Assembly: GCA_965217035.1 (NCBI GenBank)
Contig: OZ244226.1
Location: 848,146 to 912,145, forward strand
DNA length: 64,000 nucleotides
Source of the DNA: Bacteriovoracaceae bacterium
GTDB lineage: Bacteria > Bdellovibrionota > Bacteriovoracia > Bacteriovoracales > Bacteriovoracaceae
Reading direction: 5' to 3'
Shown here: positions 37,179 to 46,953 of the stretch, piece after piece
How the letters are laid out: every line of letters begins with the position of its first letter
Position numbering within the stretch: the first letter of the stretch is position 1
Position numbers and translations under genes: made by a program
Notes under the pieces: generated by a model
Told to the model about the DNA's origin: nothing
What the model saw: the letters and a program-made list of their open reading frames with translations, nothing else
Database searches by the model: none

Positions 37179-37439
37179 GAGGGCATTCTTAGCATTTTAA
37201 CTCTATTTGCCAAATAATAAATGCTTACTATGAAAAGCTGCCTCACATTCTTATGCGAGGCAAAATTCTTTTGAATTTATAAAGATAGCTTATTTCACTT
37301 TTTTTGATTTAAATTATGCTTCTCATTAAAAGATAAAGCAGCTGAAGGTGTTCAGGTACTTCGGAATTCTACTTTTAGTTTTATAGCTTGTTAGATTGTC
37401 GAATACTTTCTTGCTAAGGATTATCCTAAGTTGAACAGC

Positions 37440-37748
37440 TCAAATTTTGATATCAATAACTCCGTAAGCAGGTTCTTCATAAGGATGAGTCTCCTTCATG
37501 GCCTTGATAACTTCTTCGACATCAGCTGGGTGACAAACCATTTCAACTTTAACTTCTTCGACCGTCTCAAGCTGCCCCATTGTCCCAATATGGGGATCAC
37601 TTCCCTTTTGCGGTTCAAATTGCCCTTTTCCCTCGTACTCGAAGCTACAACGTTTGTAATCCCCTAAAGTTCCAGCTCCTGCCATAAACATAGCCTCTTT
37701 TACTAGCTCTTTCACATTTCGTGGAATATATACATAAATTTGATACAC
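37440..37748 (-). CDS. stand-alone NIF3/YqfO insert-domain-like small protein
   Basis: 102 aa. GTG start. YVYIPRNVKELVKEAMFMAGAGTLGDYKRCSFEYEGKGQFEPQKGSDPHIGTMGQLETVEEVKVEMV...HPYEEPAYGVI matches the PII-like cap domain found in NIF3 (YbgI/YqfO) proteins and as separate small proteins. Confidence 0.5.
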   Translation of the reverse strand: MYQIYVYIPRNVKELVKEAMFMAGAGTLGDYKRCSFEYEGKGQFEPQKGSDPHIGTMGQLETVEEVKVEMVCHPADVEEVIKAMKETHPYEEPAYGVIDIKI

Positions 37749-37804
37749 CGCTTTACAACTCCTCTGATAAAGTGAGAGAAAGCCATATTAGGAGAATGAG
37801 AGTC

Positions 37805-38314
37805 ATGTCACAAGGGCGAACAGATCAAGAATTAGAAGGCGTTAATCATCTTGGAAGTGCAGGGACAAAGTACAGCCAAGACTATGCTCCTGAAGTTCTA
37901 GAAAAATTTAAAAACAAAAATCCAAATAAAGATCAATGGGTCACTTTTGTCTGTACTGAATTTACTTCCCTCTGTCCGCTCACTGGGCAACCAGACTTTG
38001 CCAAAATTTTCATCAACTATATTCCTGATATCGATATGGTAGAATCTAAAGCTTTAAAACTTTATCTTTTCAGCTTTAGAAATCATGGTGATTTTCACGA
38101 AGACTGCATTCAAAAAATTTGTAATGATCTCCAGGAATTGATGAACCCAAAATACCTTGAAGTCATTGGCGAGTTTACTCCGCGTGGAGGGATCGCAATC
38201 TTCCCTTTTTCAAATTGCCATAATAATGAAGAGAAATATCAAAAAATTTATGAGCAAAGGATTGCGAACTATAGGCCCGGAGCTTATAGCTGTAATCTTA
38301 GTAAAGTCTATTAA
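37805..38314 (+). CDS. queF: NADPH-dependent 7-cyano-7-deazaguanine reductase (unimodular QueF)
   Basis: The Cys motif EFTSLCPLTGQPDFA and the QueF motif VESKALKLYLFSFRN are present. The ATG at 37805 has GGAG 10 nt upstream. The track start at 37721 would overlap the divergent gene. Confidence 0.9.
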   Translation: MSQGRTDQELEGVNHLGSAGTKYSQDYAPEVLEKFKNKNPNKDQWVTFVCTEFTSLCPLTGQPDFAKIFINYIPDIDMVESKALKLYLFSFRNHGDFHEDCIQKICNDLQELMNPKYLEVIGEFTPRGGIAIFPFSNCHNNEEKYQKIYEQRIANYRPGAYSCNLSKVY

Positions 38315-38532
38315 GTACTTTCTTAATGTGTCTTATCTTTAAAAAACACTTCTAGAGGAAGATTAGAATAACCTCTAAATCATGACGCATTACTGTAAAA
38401 ATATCTCATGCATTTAGCTTTTTTATATTATAGAGTGGTTCCAAAAATGGACCACTTTGTTCACATTTTGATATAGCATTGCTTTCCAATGTTTTAAAAC
38501 AAGGCATCACTTAATCAAAAGGAGACATCTTA

Positions 38533-39177
38533 ATGTTGAAAAAAATTTCAAATGCCTTGTTGTTAACACTCATTTTAACTTCGCCTATCGCTCACTCACA
38601 AAGAGCACATTATCATCTTAAATGGTGCAAGAATGTTGGTGAAAAAATTCAAACAGCATTATTTAGTGGTGCTAGCACAAGAACTTATGAAGAAGAGAAA
38701 GAGCTTCTTATTTCCGGTATCAAGCAATCGATAAGGAGCACTCCTCAAAAAAATAACTTCTACTTTTTGCAAACTTTAAAGCAAACACTTTTAAATGTTG
38801 AGATGTACCCTGATATCGAATTCAAAGTCTTCTATTTGAGAGGTCAGATGAGATACGCATTAAATGATCTCACTTATCTTGATCAAACTTACAAAAAGAA
38901 TAAATGCTTTTTTTGTAAAATTGATCACTCTCGATATGTTAATAAAATTATTAATAGAGGCTTAGAATTGGCTTTTGCTGTTCCGACTGATGAGCTTGAA
39001 AAGCAAATTCTTAACCAAACAGCAACTTTTGGAGCTTTTCTTCTAGATAAAAGTGCGAATCGTAGAGGCTATAGTTGTGCTCGTAAGTCGATCCAAAACG
39101 TATTAGATGCCAACAATATTATAAGCAAGCGTGAATCATTACGACTCGCTACAAGTCAATTAGGACAAGGCTGTTAA
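38533..39177 (+). CDS. secreted helical protein, unknown function
   Basis: 214 aa. AAAGGAG SD. Signal MLKKISNALLLTLILTSPIAHS. Six Cys. Confidence 0.55.
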   Translation: MLKKISNALLLTLILTSPIAHSQRAHYHLKWCKNVGEKIQTALFSGASTRTYEEEKELLISGIKQSIRSTPQKNNFYFLQTLKQTLLNVEMYPDIEFKVFYLRGQMRYALNDLTYLDQTYKKNKCFFCKIDHSRYVNKIINRGLELAFAVPTDELEKQILNQTATFGAFLLDKSANRRGYSCARKSIQNVLDANNIISKRESLRLATSQLGQGC

Positions 39178-39199
39178 AAATTACACAGGAGACACAAAT

Positions 39200-39748
39200 A
39201 TGAATTTCTTATTATCTATTTTATTAATGCTAAGCTCTTTGGTTTTAACTTACAGTGATAATGCAAAAGCCTTTGATTTAGAAAAAGAGAGAGTTTACTT
39301 CACAGGAAATTACGAGAGAACTTTTTCAGAATCTTTTAGAAAACGTCAAATGGCTTTTGAGAAAAAACTCAAGGTTGATTTAGAGTTGATAAAGCTTAAA
39401 ACAGGTCGAGCGAGATTAATCCTAAGATTCCATCCTTTTAGAGTTGGATTTATTCATAATCTTTCAATGGAATGCCCTGGAGCCAGCTTTGATCTCCTTG
39501 GAGAAGATGATGGCTTCGGAGGCTATAGACTCTATGAAGGAAGTCAAAATTACATAAATAATAAAGTTTGGGGTAGTTTTACTGGAACAAAAAGAAAGGC
39601 CTCTATTAATGTAAGTGATCTTGAATCAACAATAACTAACTGTATCAATAATGATTCTACTAGCGGTGGATGGAGTTGGGCACATTCGACTCAACAAAGA
39701 AACCTTCTCAACGAAGGGCAAACATTACTTACTCTAAAAAGAAGATAA
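39200..39748 (+). CDS. secreted protein, unknown function
   Basis: 182 aa. CAGGAG SD. Signal MNFLLSILLMLSSLVLTYSDNAKA. Confidence 0.55.
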   Translation: MNFLLSILLMLSSLVLTYSDNAKAFDLEKERVYFTGNYERTFSESFRKRQMAFEKKLKVDLELIKLKTGRARLILRFHPFRVGFIHNLSMECPGASFDLLGEDDGFGGYRLYEGSQNYINNKVWGSFTGTKRKASINVSDLESTITNCINNDSTSGGWSWAHSTQQRNLLNEGQTLLTLKRR

Positions 39749-39757
39749 TGAGTACTT

Positions 39758-40600
39758 TTGAATAAAATAAATCCAAATTCTATTTATATTCAAAAAAGCC
39801 CCGATGAAGTTTTACGGGGCTATTGGTTAAAAAAACAAAAAGAAAACCATAGGTTTTCTATTCGAGCTTGGGCAAAACACTTGGGCTTCAAGACCCATAG
39901 TCATCTTCATCAAATGATTCATGGCAAAAGATTAATCCCTAAAAAGTATGTTTCTGTTCTTTGTGATAATATGGGACTCAACTTAGAAGAAAGCCAATAT
40001 TTTAATCTTCTTGTAGATCTTCAACGGTCAAAATCAGAAGAAGAAAAAATCTTCTTTCTAAAAAAGCTTAAAGACTTAAGGGGTAACGATAGTTTAGATT
40101 TTCGAATCATAGATGAATTTCAAATGCTCAGTAATCCACTTCACTTCCTCTTATTAGAAATTCTTTCTCTCAGTTCGGAACCGCAACCTGTCATCAAGCT
40201 AAAAAATCGCCTTCGTTTTAATTATTCTCTATTAGAAATAAGAGAAGCAATTGAAGTATTACAAAAACTTAATATCATCACTAAAGATGAAAATAATCAC
40301 TTCTCGCGCACAAGTGAGCATTTCTATACTAAAAATGATATTCCTAATAAATCGATCCAGCTCTTTCATCAAAATTGTTCAAAACTTGCTCAAATTGCTG
40401 TCCAAGAGCAAGAACAAGAAATCAGAGAGTTTAATGGAACGACTTTTAATATAAAAAGAGAACGTATTAACGAAGCCAAAATCGCTATCAGAGAATTCAG
40501 AGAAGAATTCATCCGAAAATATTCAAGTGATCAATACCAAGGTGATCAAACTTATCATTTAAATATGAACTTTTTTGCGGTAACAAAGGATCCATCATGA
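39758..40600 (+). CDS. TIGR02147-family (DUF4423) HTH protein, second paralog
   Basis: 280 aa. HRFSIRAWAKHLGFKTHSHLHQMIHGKRLIP parallels HRYSLRAFASYLEVSPTSLSQVLSGKRKL of 17690..18436. The only in-frame start before the HTH is the TTG at 39758. Confidence 0.65.
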   Translation: MNKINPNSIYIQKSPDEVLRGYWLKKQKENHRFSIRAWAKHLGFKTHSHLHQMIHGKRLIPKKYVSVLCDNMGLNLEESQYFNLLVDLQRSKSEEEKIFFLKKLKDLRGNDSLDFRIIDEFQMLSNPLHFLLLEILSLSSEPQPVIKLKNRLRFNYSLLEIREAIEVLQKLNIITKDENNHFSRTSEHFYTKNDIPNKSIQLFHQNCSKLAQIAVQEQEQEIREFNGTTFNIKRERINEAKIAIREFREEFIRKYSSDQYQGDQTYHLNMNFFAVTKDPS

Positions 40601-41604
40601 AAATATTAATACTGCTTAGTCTTTCTTTAAGTCTCCATGCTTCAGATGGAGGTTCTTCCGGTGCTGGTAACGGAGGTGATTATATTCGTATGAAGTTTAT
40701 TGATATTGGAAATAATATCGTCGACTACTACACAGAAGGGTTTAAAGAAATCAAGGAACAGCTCCAAAGCCCTGAAGAACTTCGAGATTACCTTGATATC
40801 AAAATCATTAAACTCAGCACGGAGGTTTTAACTGATAATGGAGGAAGTAAAGTCGACGCCATAGGAGAACCAAATAGTATTACTCTTTATGAGGGTAAAG
40901 AATCTGAAGGTACTGGTTGGTATGGTATTTACCAGAGAAATGAAGCCGAGAAATTAGTCCTTCATGAGATGTTACGTGCTCATGGAATTAATGACGATAA
41001 TTATGTTTACAGTAAAAAAGTTCTTAAGAGTCAGGATATCTTAAAAGAAGGACCTTTTCGAATGAAATGGTCAAGAGAGTCTCATTATATATTGAAAACT
41101 GCGATGCTTAAATCTTTTGATCAACAAGCAGAACAAGAGCAGAGTATTTATAATGAAGCTTTTAAAAAGATTTTAAAACTTAATAATCTTCGATACTCTT
41201 CTTTACTTCAAGCAGTTAACTATAAATTAGATGAAGAAATATTAGAAAAAATTGATTTAATAAAACTGCTCACATTAAAAAGAAAACAAATTAAAACAGT
41301 ACTAAGCCTGATTCCCACCGTTGATAAAATTGCCTATCAAGATCATAAAGAAGAAGGCCAGAACTTAAAGAAACTCTATTCAAATTATTTTTACTTTCTC
41401 TTAAAAGGACTTCTTGATTCTCATCTTATTATTGGAAATCAAGACTACCTCATTGAAAATATAAAAATAATAAAATCTCTTTATTTAAGAGTTCAAAATT
41501 CGAACTCTCTCAACTCTGTTTGTCTCAATTTTCTGACTCAAGCTATTCAGAAGAGAAATGACTCTTCATTATTATTAAGAAAGGCAATACAAAGCTTGAG
41601 ATAG
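40597..41604 (+). CDS. secreted protein, unknown function
   Basis: 335 aa. ATGA overlap with the upstream gene. Signal MKILILLSLSLSLHA followed by a Gly/Ser stretch. Confidence 0.55.
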   Translation: MKILILLSLSLSLHASDGGSSGAGNGGDYIRMKFIDIGNNIVDYYTEGFKEIKEQLQSPEELRDYLDIKIIKLSTEVLTDNGGSKVDAIGEPNSITLYEGKESEGTGWYGIYQRNEAEKLVLHEMLRAHGINDDNYVYSKKVLKSQDILKEGPFRMKWSRESHYILKTAMLKSFDQQAEQEQSIYNEAFKKILKLNNLRYSSLLQAVNYKLDEEILEKIDLIKLLTLKRKQIKTVLSLIPTVDKIAYQDHKEEGQNLKKLYSNYFYFLLKGLLDSHLIIGNQDYLIENIKIIKSLYLRVQNSNSLNSVCLNFLTQAIQKRNDSSLLLRKAIQSLR

Positions 41605-41605
41605 G

Positions 41606-42853
41606 TTAAAAGATTTTTAGCTTGAAAAAGAAAAAGACAAACCCTGAAAAGAAGATAAGACTCACAATCGAAACTTTATCAAGAAACTTAAAATAGCTTG
41701 TTTTTCTGTAGATATGTTTCTTAAAAAGTCTCCAATTAAGCCAACCAATAAACGGTGTAATCAAAAACGAAAGAATGGTTGCAAAGTCTACCATCGTTTT
41801 CATATTTTTAAGAAATAAGAATAAAACAAGAAAAGTTCCTATAATAAGAATTAAAATCGTAGTTTTGTAATAAAGTCCCATCTTTTGGTCCTGTCCATTA
41901 AGAAGAACGATCCCTCGAGACATGACACGAGGGAAAGCATCAAGACAGGTCATTGTAGTGCTAACCATAGTGGCAAGGCAGGCAAACCCTATCAACATTT
42001 TTGACCAAGCACCTAATCCTGAAGAGAAGAGCTCGACGAGTTGTCCAGAAAACTTAACAGCACTTCCTTCAAACCCAATACCTGCAGGGTTCATCACAAT
42101 AGCCCCTAAGCCTAGAAAACAAAGAGCAAGGAAAGCAGTTCCGAAATAACCCACATAAAAATCGAGCATCCCTTCTTTTTGTTTTTGCTCATCCGCAGGT
42201 TTCCAATTCAAACACTCACAAGTCCATAAGGATTGCCAAACCGAGATATCCACAGGAGCAGGCATCCAACCAATTAATGCCATCAAAAAAAGAAGATCGG
42301 TTGCTGAGCTGAAATCAAATTGATTAAATGTAAAACTTGCTTGAGTTGTATCAAATTTCGACAAAGAAATCCCTAAAGCACAAATAGTTGCAATCGCTAA
42401 AGTAATGACAATATATTTCACGACATTATCGAGAAGATCGTATTTCCCAACAATTAAGACAATCATAGAAAGGGTCATTAAACCGGCTGCCATATAAACA
42501 GGAGAGACGCCTATTGGAAATAATAAGAGAGTGATTCCCGCCGTTACAATGGAAATTGCTGCCATCACTATAAACATTGAGAGAACATTCACTATTAAAT
42601 AGAAGTAAAGATATCCTTGTCCTAACTCTTGATAACCATGAAGTAAGCTCTTCCCTTTTGCATTCGGATAACGAGTTCCCATTTCAAGAAAAGGAAGTTT
42701 TAAAAAGTTTGCCAACAAAACAAAGATGACAAGGTCAAAACTATAAAGGGCTCCAGCTCGTGTGGATTGAACTAAATGGGAAACCCCAATAGCAGCCCCT
42801 GCATAGACGAGACCTGGACCAAGCATCTTTAAGCATTTTTGAATTTTATTCAA
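41606..42853 (-). CDS. NRAMP-family divalent metal cation transporter
   Basis: LGPGLVYAGAAIGVSHLVQSTRAGALYSF is the NRAMP TM1 signature region. About 11 hydrophobic helices. The start is uncertain (TTG at 42877, TTG at 42853, ATG at 42826). Confidence 0.8.
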   Translation of the reverse strand: MNKIQKCLKMLGPGLVYAGAAIGVSHLVQSTRAGALYSFDLVIFVLLANFLKLPFLEMGTRYPNAKGKSLLHGYQELGQGYLYFYLIVNVLSMFIVMAAISIVTAGITLLLFPIGVSPVYMAAGLMTLSMIVLIVGKYDLLDNVVKYIVITLAIATICALGISLSKFDTTQASFTFNQFDFSSATDLLFLMALIGWMPAPVDISVWQSLWTCECLNWKPADEQKQKEGMLDFYVGYFGTAFLALCFLGLGAIVMNPAGIGFEGSAVKFSGQLVELFSSGLGAWSKMLIGFACLATMVSTTMTCLDAFPRVMSRGIVLLNGQDQKMGLYYKTTILILIIGTFLVLFLFLKNMKTMVDFATILSFLITPFIGWLNWRLFKKHIYRKTSYFKFLDKVSIVSLIFFSGFVFFFFKLKIF

Positions 42854-44165
42854 GACGACTCTCCCAGGCTGGATCAAAGTTAATGACTATTCTTTTTTCT
42901 TTCTTAAAGAAAACCGAACCCGGTTTCCCTTTTACCCCTTTTAAGTTCTTTACCTGGGTATAGATCAAGGGTACTTGATCACTCTCAAATTTTGAATACT
43001 GTTTGATAGCACTTCCTAGAATTTGAAGAACTTCAGGTGTGAAAGCAATATTTTGAGTATTTTTGAAGTATAAATGAGCACTGGGCATATTCTCAATATG
43101 AAACCACCAATCGTCTTTTTTGGCCCATTTAGATCGAAGTCCGTCATTTGATTGAGCATTCTTCCCTACCCTAAAATTCATCGTAAGAAATTGATTTTCA
43201 AAAAAATCAAAATTGGACTTTTCTTGAACTTTCTTTTTACTAACATGCCAAATTGGTCTAATTACTTTTAGTTTTTGTCCTAAATCTTGATGACGGTGAA
43301 GTTTATCAAGATTTTTTTGAAGCCGTTGCTCCATCATTCCTTCAACTTCTTTTAGTCTTTTTAGTTTTTCAAAGACAACATCAAGTTTTTGATAAGAGTT
43401 CTCACAACCTTTAAAGTTGAATTTTATTCCTTCAAGGTTAACTTTATTTTTCATCTCTGAAAGTTCATCTTGCCCATGCGAAAGAGTCTCTTTCCACTGA
43501 AGTGCTTGCTCCTGGAGTTTCTTCCATCTTTTAATTTTAAGAAGATCATTTTTTATGTTTTGAACTTTTCTTTTCTGTGAGGCTTTTTCTTTTCTTGCTC
43601 CCTTTGAAGAACTTGATGCTTTAGTCTCCTCTTTCAAGAGTTGCTCAACTTCTTTCACTTTTTGTTCTCTTTGATTTTTTTGCTCGCTTCTTCCCACTTC
43701 ATCAAAAGTTTCAAAGTTTACTTCGGTTTCTCGATAACCTTGCCAACTCACAAAATTCTTTACTCCCTTCTCCGTCCAGAAATGATGAGCAAAGTAAGCC
43801 TCTCTTCCACGGTAAAAATAATAGAAACGATTCTCCTTCCCCCACTTCTGATATTTCAAACATAAACAGCGATCAAGCCCATCGATCTCAATTCCCAAGA
43901 AACCTGTACTTGAAAAATGTTTGCGCACATACTCCAAGACAACGTCAATCGCTCTTAAGGAGCTTTCTGGTTGCTTCTCTGCAAGCCAAAAACCTTCATA
44001 TCCTCCCCCACGCCCCAAATAAAGCCAATAAGTTTTTCCAGGAACTCGAACGCTTATAGAGAGATAACGAGACGTGCTAAAAAGCTTCTGAACCATCCCT
44101 GTCGAAGTTAGTTTTTGATTAATCAGCGACACCTGGTTTTTTAATGTTGTATAATTTTGAATCAT
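42846..44165 (-). CDS. NFACT/DUF814-domain protein (RqcH/FbpA-like, short form)
   Basis: The C-terminal DWWFHIENMPSAHLYFKN...KGKPGSVFFKKEK matches the NFACT-R (DUF814) motif (WxxHxxxxPGSHV-like). The centre is Lys/Glu-rich coiled coil. The ATG at 44165 is preferred over the TTG at 44207. Confidence 0.6.
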   Translation of the reverse strand: MIQNYTTLKNQVSLINQKLTSTGMVQKLFSTSRYLSISVRVPGKTYWLYLGRGGGYEGFWLAEKQPESSLRAIDVVLEYVRKHFSSTGFLGIEIDGLDRCLCLKYQKWGKENRFYYFYRGREAYFAHHFWTEKGVKNFVSWQGYRETEVNFETFDEVGRSEQKNQREQKVKEVEQLLKEETKASSSSKGARKEKASQKRKVQNIKNDLLKIKRWKKLQEQALQWKETLSHGQDELSEMKNKVNLEGIKFNFKGCENSYQKLDVVFEKLKRLKEVEGMMEQRLQKNLDKLHRHQDLGQKLKVIRPIWHVSKKKVQEKSNFDFFENQFLTMNFRVGKNAQSNDGLRSKWAKKDDWWFHIENMPSAHLYFKNTQNIAFTPEVLQILGSAIKQYSKFESDQVPLIYTQVKNLKGVKGKPGSVFFKKEKRIVINFDPAWESRLE

Positions 44166-46506
44166 GAATCTAAACCTACTCGACCAATCTAGTTCGGAGC
44201 TGCTCAATCTTATTGATTGGGATTTATTGATTCATGATATCGCATCTGGTGCTTACTTTGAACAAACAAAACAGAAAATTATGAAATACCCTCGAGCTAC
44301 TGCCCCTCAGGAGCTCCGAGAGATTCATCAAGTTATTGAGAAGTTCATTGAAAAGTATCATTCCAATGACCATGACAATTTCTATATCCAAATAAATAAT
44401 ATTCCAGCCACCCATAAAATAAAAGATCAGATCTTTCTTTTAGATAAAGGTTCGGTCTTAACCATTCAAGATATCCATCGTTTTGTTTTATTACTTGAAG
44501 TTTTTCATCAGCAGCATAAGTTTTTCGGAGAACTTTTCGGAACTAAGAATATGCACTCTGATGAAATAGGCTTAATTCTTAAAAGCCTTATTCGCCCATT
44601 CAGAAGATTTGTCGATTCTGATGGAGAAATCGATTATAGCTCACACCCAGTTTTGGGAGAACTTTATCAAAAAAGAGCAAAAATCGATAATAAAGCCAAT
44701 AAAAAGCTAAGAGAAATTATTAATGATTGGAAATCTCAAGATATTTTACAAATAGATACTTATGATATCATTCAAGGTCACTTTGTTCTTATAGTAAAAA
44801 CAGATCATTATAACAGCTCGCTCGGATCAATCATCGCTCGCTCAGACTCTGGCCAAACTCTTTATATTGAACCTTCTCAGTTAAGCGCTTTTTCTTTTGA
44901 GCATAAAAAGTTAACACTCGAAATTGAAAAAGAAATTTTTCAAATTTGTGTTAAGTATTCTGATATCTTAAGATCTGTTGTCCCTACTATTCAAAGAGCT
45001 TTAGATCTCATTACTGAGGTTGATTATTATTTTTGTCTTGCTCAGTATGCTATTCAAAAAAATCTTATAAAACCTAAACTTATTAATGAAAAGAAAATAA
45101 AATTAGAAGGTTTTTTTCACCCTCTTATAGATGATCCTGTCAAAAATGATTTAAATCTTTTAGCAAATCATGAAGGTCTTATAATTTCAGGCCCCAATAC
45201 CGGAGGGAAGACCGTCACTTTAAAAACTCTTTGTCTGGTACAGTTATTTCTGAATAAAGGTTTTTATATTCCTGCTCACTATGCTGAACTCTCTGTCTTC
45301 AAAGAAGTCTATTTTCTTTCTCTCGATCATCAAAACCTCACTGATGGTCTTAGTTCTTTTGGAGCCGAGACAATGCATTATCTTAGTCTCACCGAACAAC
45401 TTGGAGATAATGCCTTGATCTTTATTGATGAAATTTTTAATTCAACTTCATCAGAAGAAGCTTCTGCATTGGCCATTAGTTTTTTTGATTTCTTTTATCA
45501 AAAAGCGAATCCGATGCTTTTTGTTTCAACTCACCATCAAATGTTAAAAGTTAAAACGCATGAATCAAAGCAATTCCTCTCCGCTCATATGGGATTCGAC
45601 CCGGACAACCTTATTCCGACTTATAAGCTTTCTGTTGGAACACCGGGGAGCTCGATGGCATTAGAAACCTTTGAAAGGATTTCAAAGCAGTACCAGTTTG
45701 CTGATCAAATCAAACAAAAAGCTCGCTCGATTCTTGATTCAAAATACCAAGAGTACGAAAAACTCCTTTTTGAAGTTTCTCAGAAAAAAGCAAAGTTCGA
45801 AAAAGAGTACTTAAAATATGAAGAACTTAATAAAACACTGAAGAATCAAGCTCAATCTCAAGAAGGTGTTCTAAAACTTAAAGCCGATAAAGAGTATGAG
45901 AAACTTAAGATTGAAATTAACTCCATCAGAAGACAAGCGTTGGAAACTCTAAAAGAGGTTAAGGAGAAGCAAAACTCTTCTGAGAAGTCCATACGCAAAG
46001 CTTTTTACAAGATCGATGACCAACTCCCTACAGAGGAGTTCGAAAAACCAGATGCTCAAAAAATCAACCATGATCCTGAAATCGGAGAACGCTGCCTCTT
46101 TATTCCTCTGAATAGAGAAGGAGAAGTTGTTAAAATCAATGAAAAGAGAAAAAAAGTGACTCTTTTAATGAAAGGGAATATGAAGATTGAGGCGAAGTTT
46201 TCTGAACTGGGAAAACCAAGATCTTCTGCACAAAAACAAGATTTTCAATTTCAAGTTCAAAAAACAAAAGAAACTTCTCTCAAAGTTGATGGCCGTGGAA
46301 TGAGATTAGATGAGTTTAAGGAGAAAGTAGAATTTGCTCTTTCTGATGTGATGTTGGGAGAAATCCCATTTGTCGAAATTATTCATGGCCACGGCGATGG
46401 TATTTTAAAAAATTGGTTAAGAGAACATTTAAAACTCCATCCTGATCTTCGCTTTGAGATTCCAAAAGAGTCTCAGGATGGAGTAACCGTCGTGCGCCTA
46501 AGCTAA
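44164..46506 (+). CDS. mutS2: endonuclease MutS2 (MutS domain V ATPase plus C-terminal Smr domain)
   Basis: 780 aa. Walker A ISGPNTGGKTVTLKT, Walker B LIFIDEIFNSTS, and the Smr domain DGRGMRLDEF...VEIIHGHGDGILKNWLREHL are present. Confidence 0.9.
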   Translation: MNLNLLDQSSSELLNLIDWDLLIHDIASGAYFEQTKQKIMKYPRATAPQELREIHQVIEKFIEKYHSNDHDNFYIQINNIPATHKIKDQIFLLDKGSVLTIQDIHRFVLLLEVFHQQHKFFGELFGTKNMHSDEIGLILKSLIRPFRRFVDSDGEIDYSSHPVLGELYQKRAKIDNKANKKLREIINDWKSQDILQIDTYDIIQGHFVLIVKTDHYNSSLGSIIARSDSGQTLYIEPSQLSAFSFEHKKLTLEIEKEIFQICVKYSDILRSVVPTIQRALDLITEVDYYFCLAQYAIQKNLIKPKLINEKKIKLEGFFHPLIDDPVKNDLNLLANHEGLIISGPNTGGKTVTLKTLCLVQLFLNKGFYIPAHYAELSVFKEVYFLSLDHQNLTDGLSSFGAETMHYLSLTEQLGDNALIFIDEIFNSTSSEEASALAISFFDFFYQKANPMLFVSTHHQMLKVKTHESKQFLSAHMGFDPDNLIPTYKLSVGTPGSSMALETFERISKQYQFADQIKQKARSILDSKYQEYEKLLFEVSQKKAKFEKEYLKYEELNKTLKNQAQSQEGVLKLKADKEYEKLKIEINSIRRQALETLKEVKEKQNSSEKSIRKAFYKIDDQLPTEEFEKPDAQKINHDPEIGERCLFIPLNREGEVVKINEKRKKVTLLMKGNMKIEAKFSELGKPRSSAQKQDFQFQVQKTKETSLKVDGRGMRLDEFKEKVEFALSDVMLGEIPFVEIIHGHGDGILKNWLREHLKLHPDLRFEIPKESQDGVTVVRLS

Positions 46507-46911
46507 TTAGGCGATCTCTATTCGCTTTTCTTTTTTCTCTGTTCTTTTTAACGTGACTTCAAGAATCCCTTCTTCAAGTTTTGCTTTAACATCTTCTTCA
46601 TCAATATCTTTTGGTAATCGAAAAGACTCTTTGAAAGAGCTATAAACTCTTGTAGAAGATTCGGCATTTTCTTCAACTCGTTTCTTTTCTCCGAAAACCG
46701 TTAAAAAGCCCTTTTCGAGGTTTAATTCGATGTCTTCACGCTTTACGCCAGGGACCTCGAATAAAAGCCGATAATGTTCATCAGCTTTCACAATTTCGTA
46801 AGCTGGAGTAAAGGTTTTTGGATAAGAATCAAATTCAGAAAATAGACTTTCAAAAGGACTTCTTAAGCCCAAAGGAAAGTCACTTCTAAGTCGCTTAGTG
46901 AGTACAGTCAT
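46507..46911 (-). CDS. Hsp20/alpha-crystallin family small heat-shock protein
   Basis: 134 aa. TAGGAGG SD. PAYEIVKADEHYRLLFEVPGVKREDIELNLEKGFLTVFGEKK ... GILEVTLKR is the classic ACD pattern. Its stop abuts the mutS2 stop (TAATTA). Confidence 0.85.
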   Translation of the reverse strand: MTVLTKRLRSDFPLGLRSPFESLFSEFDSYPKTFTPAYEIVKADEHYRLLFEVPGVKREDIELNLEKGFLTVFGEKKRVEENAESSTRVYSSFKESFRLPKDIDEEDVKAKLEEGILEVTLKRTEKKEKRIEIA

Positions 46912-46953
46912 TGATGACCTCCTATAGTTAAAATTATTAGGGGTTTATCCCTT

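Noticed and set aside
37179-37804. Possible preQ1 riboswitch or other leader upstream of queF
   Set aside because: Only ~56 nt separate queF from the divergent gene. I could not find the conserved preQ1-I/II stem-loop plus A-rich tail pattern. The 37179-37439 spacer shows only a weak 6-bp hairpin (37239-37262).
40597-41604. Zinc metalloprotease call based on LVLHEMLRAHG
   Set aside because: The spacing is HExxxxH, not HExxH, and there is no third ligand or Met-turn context.
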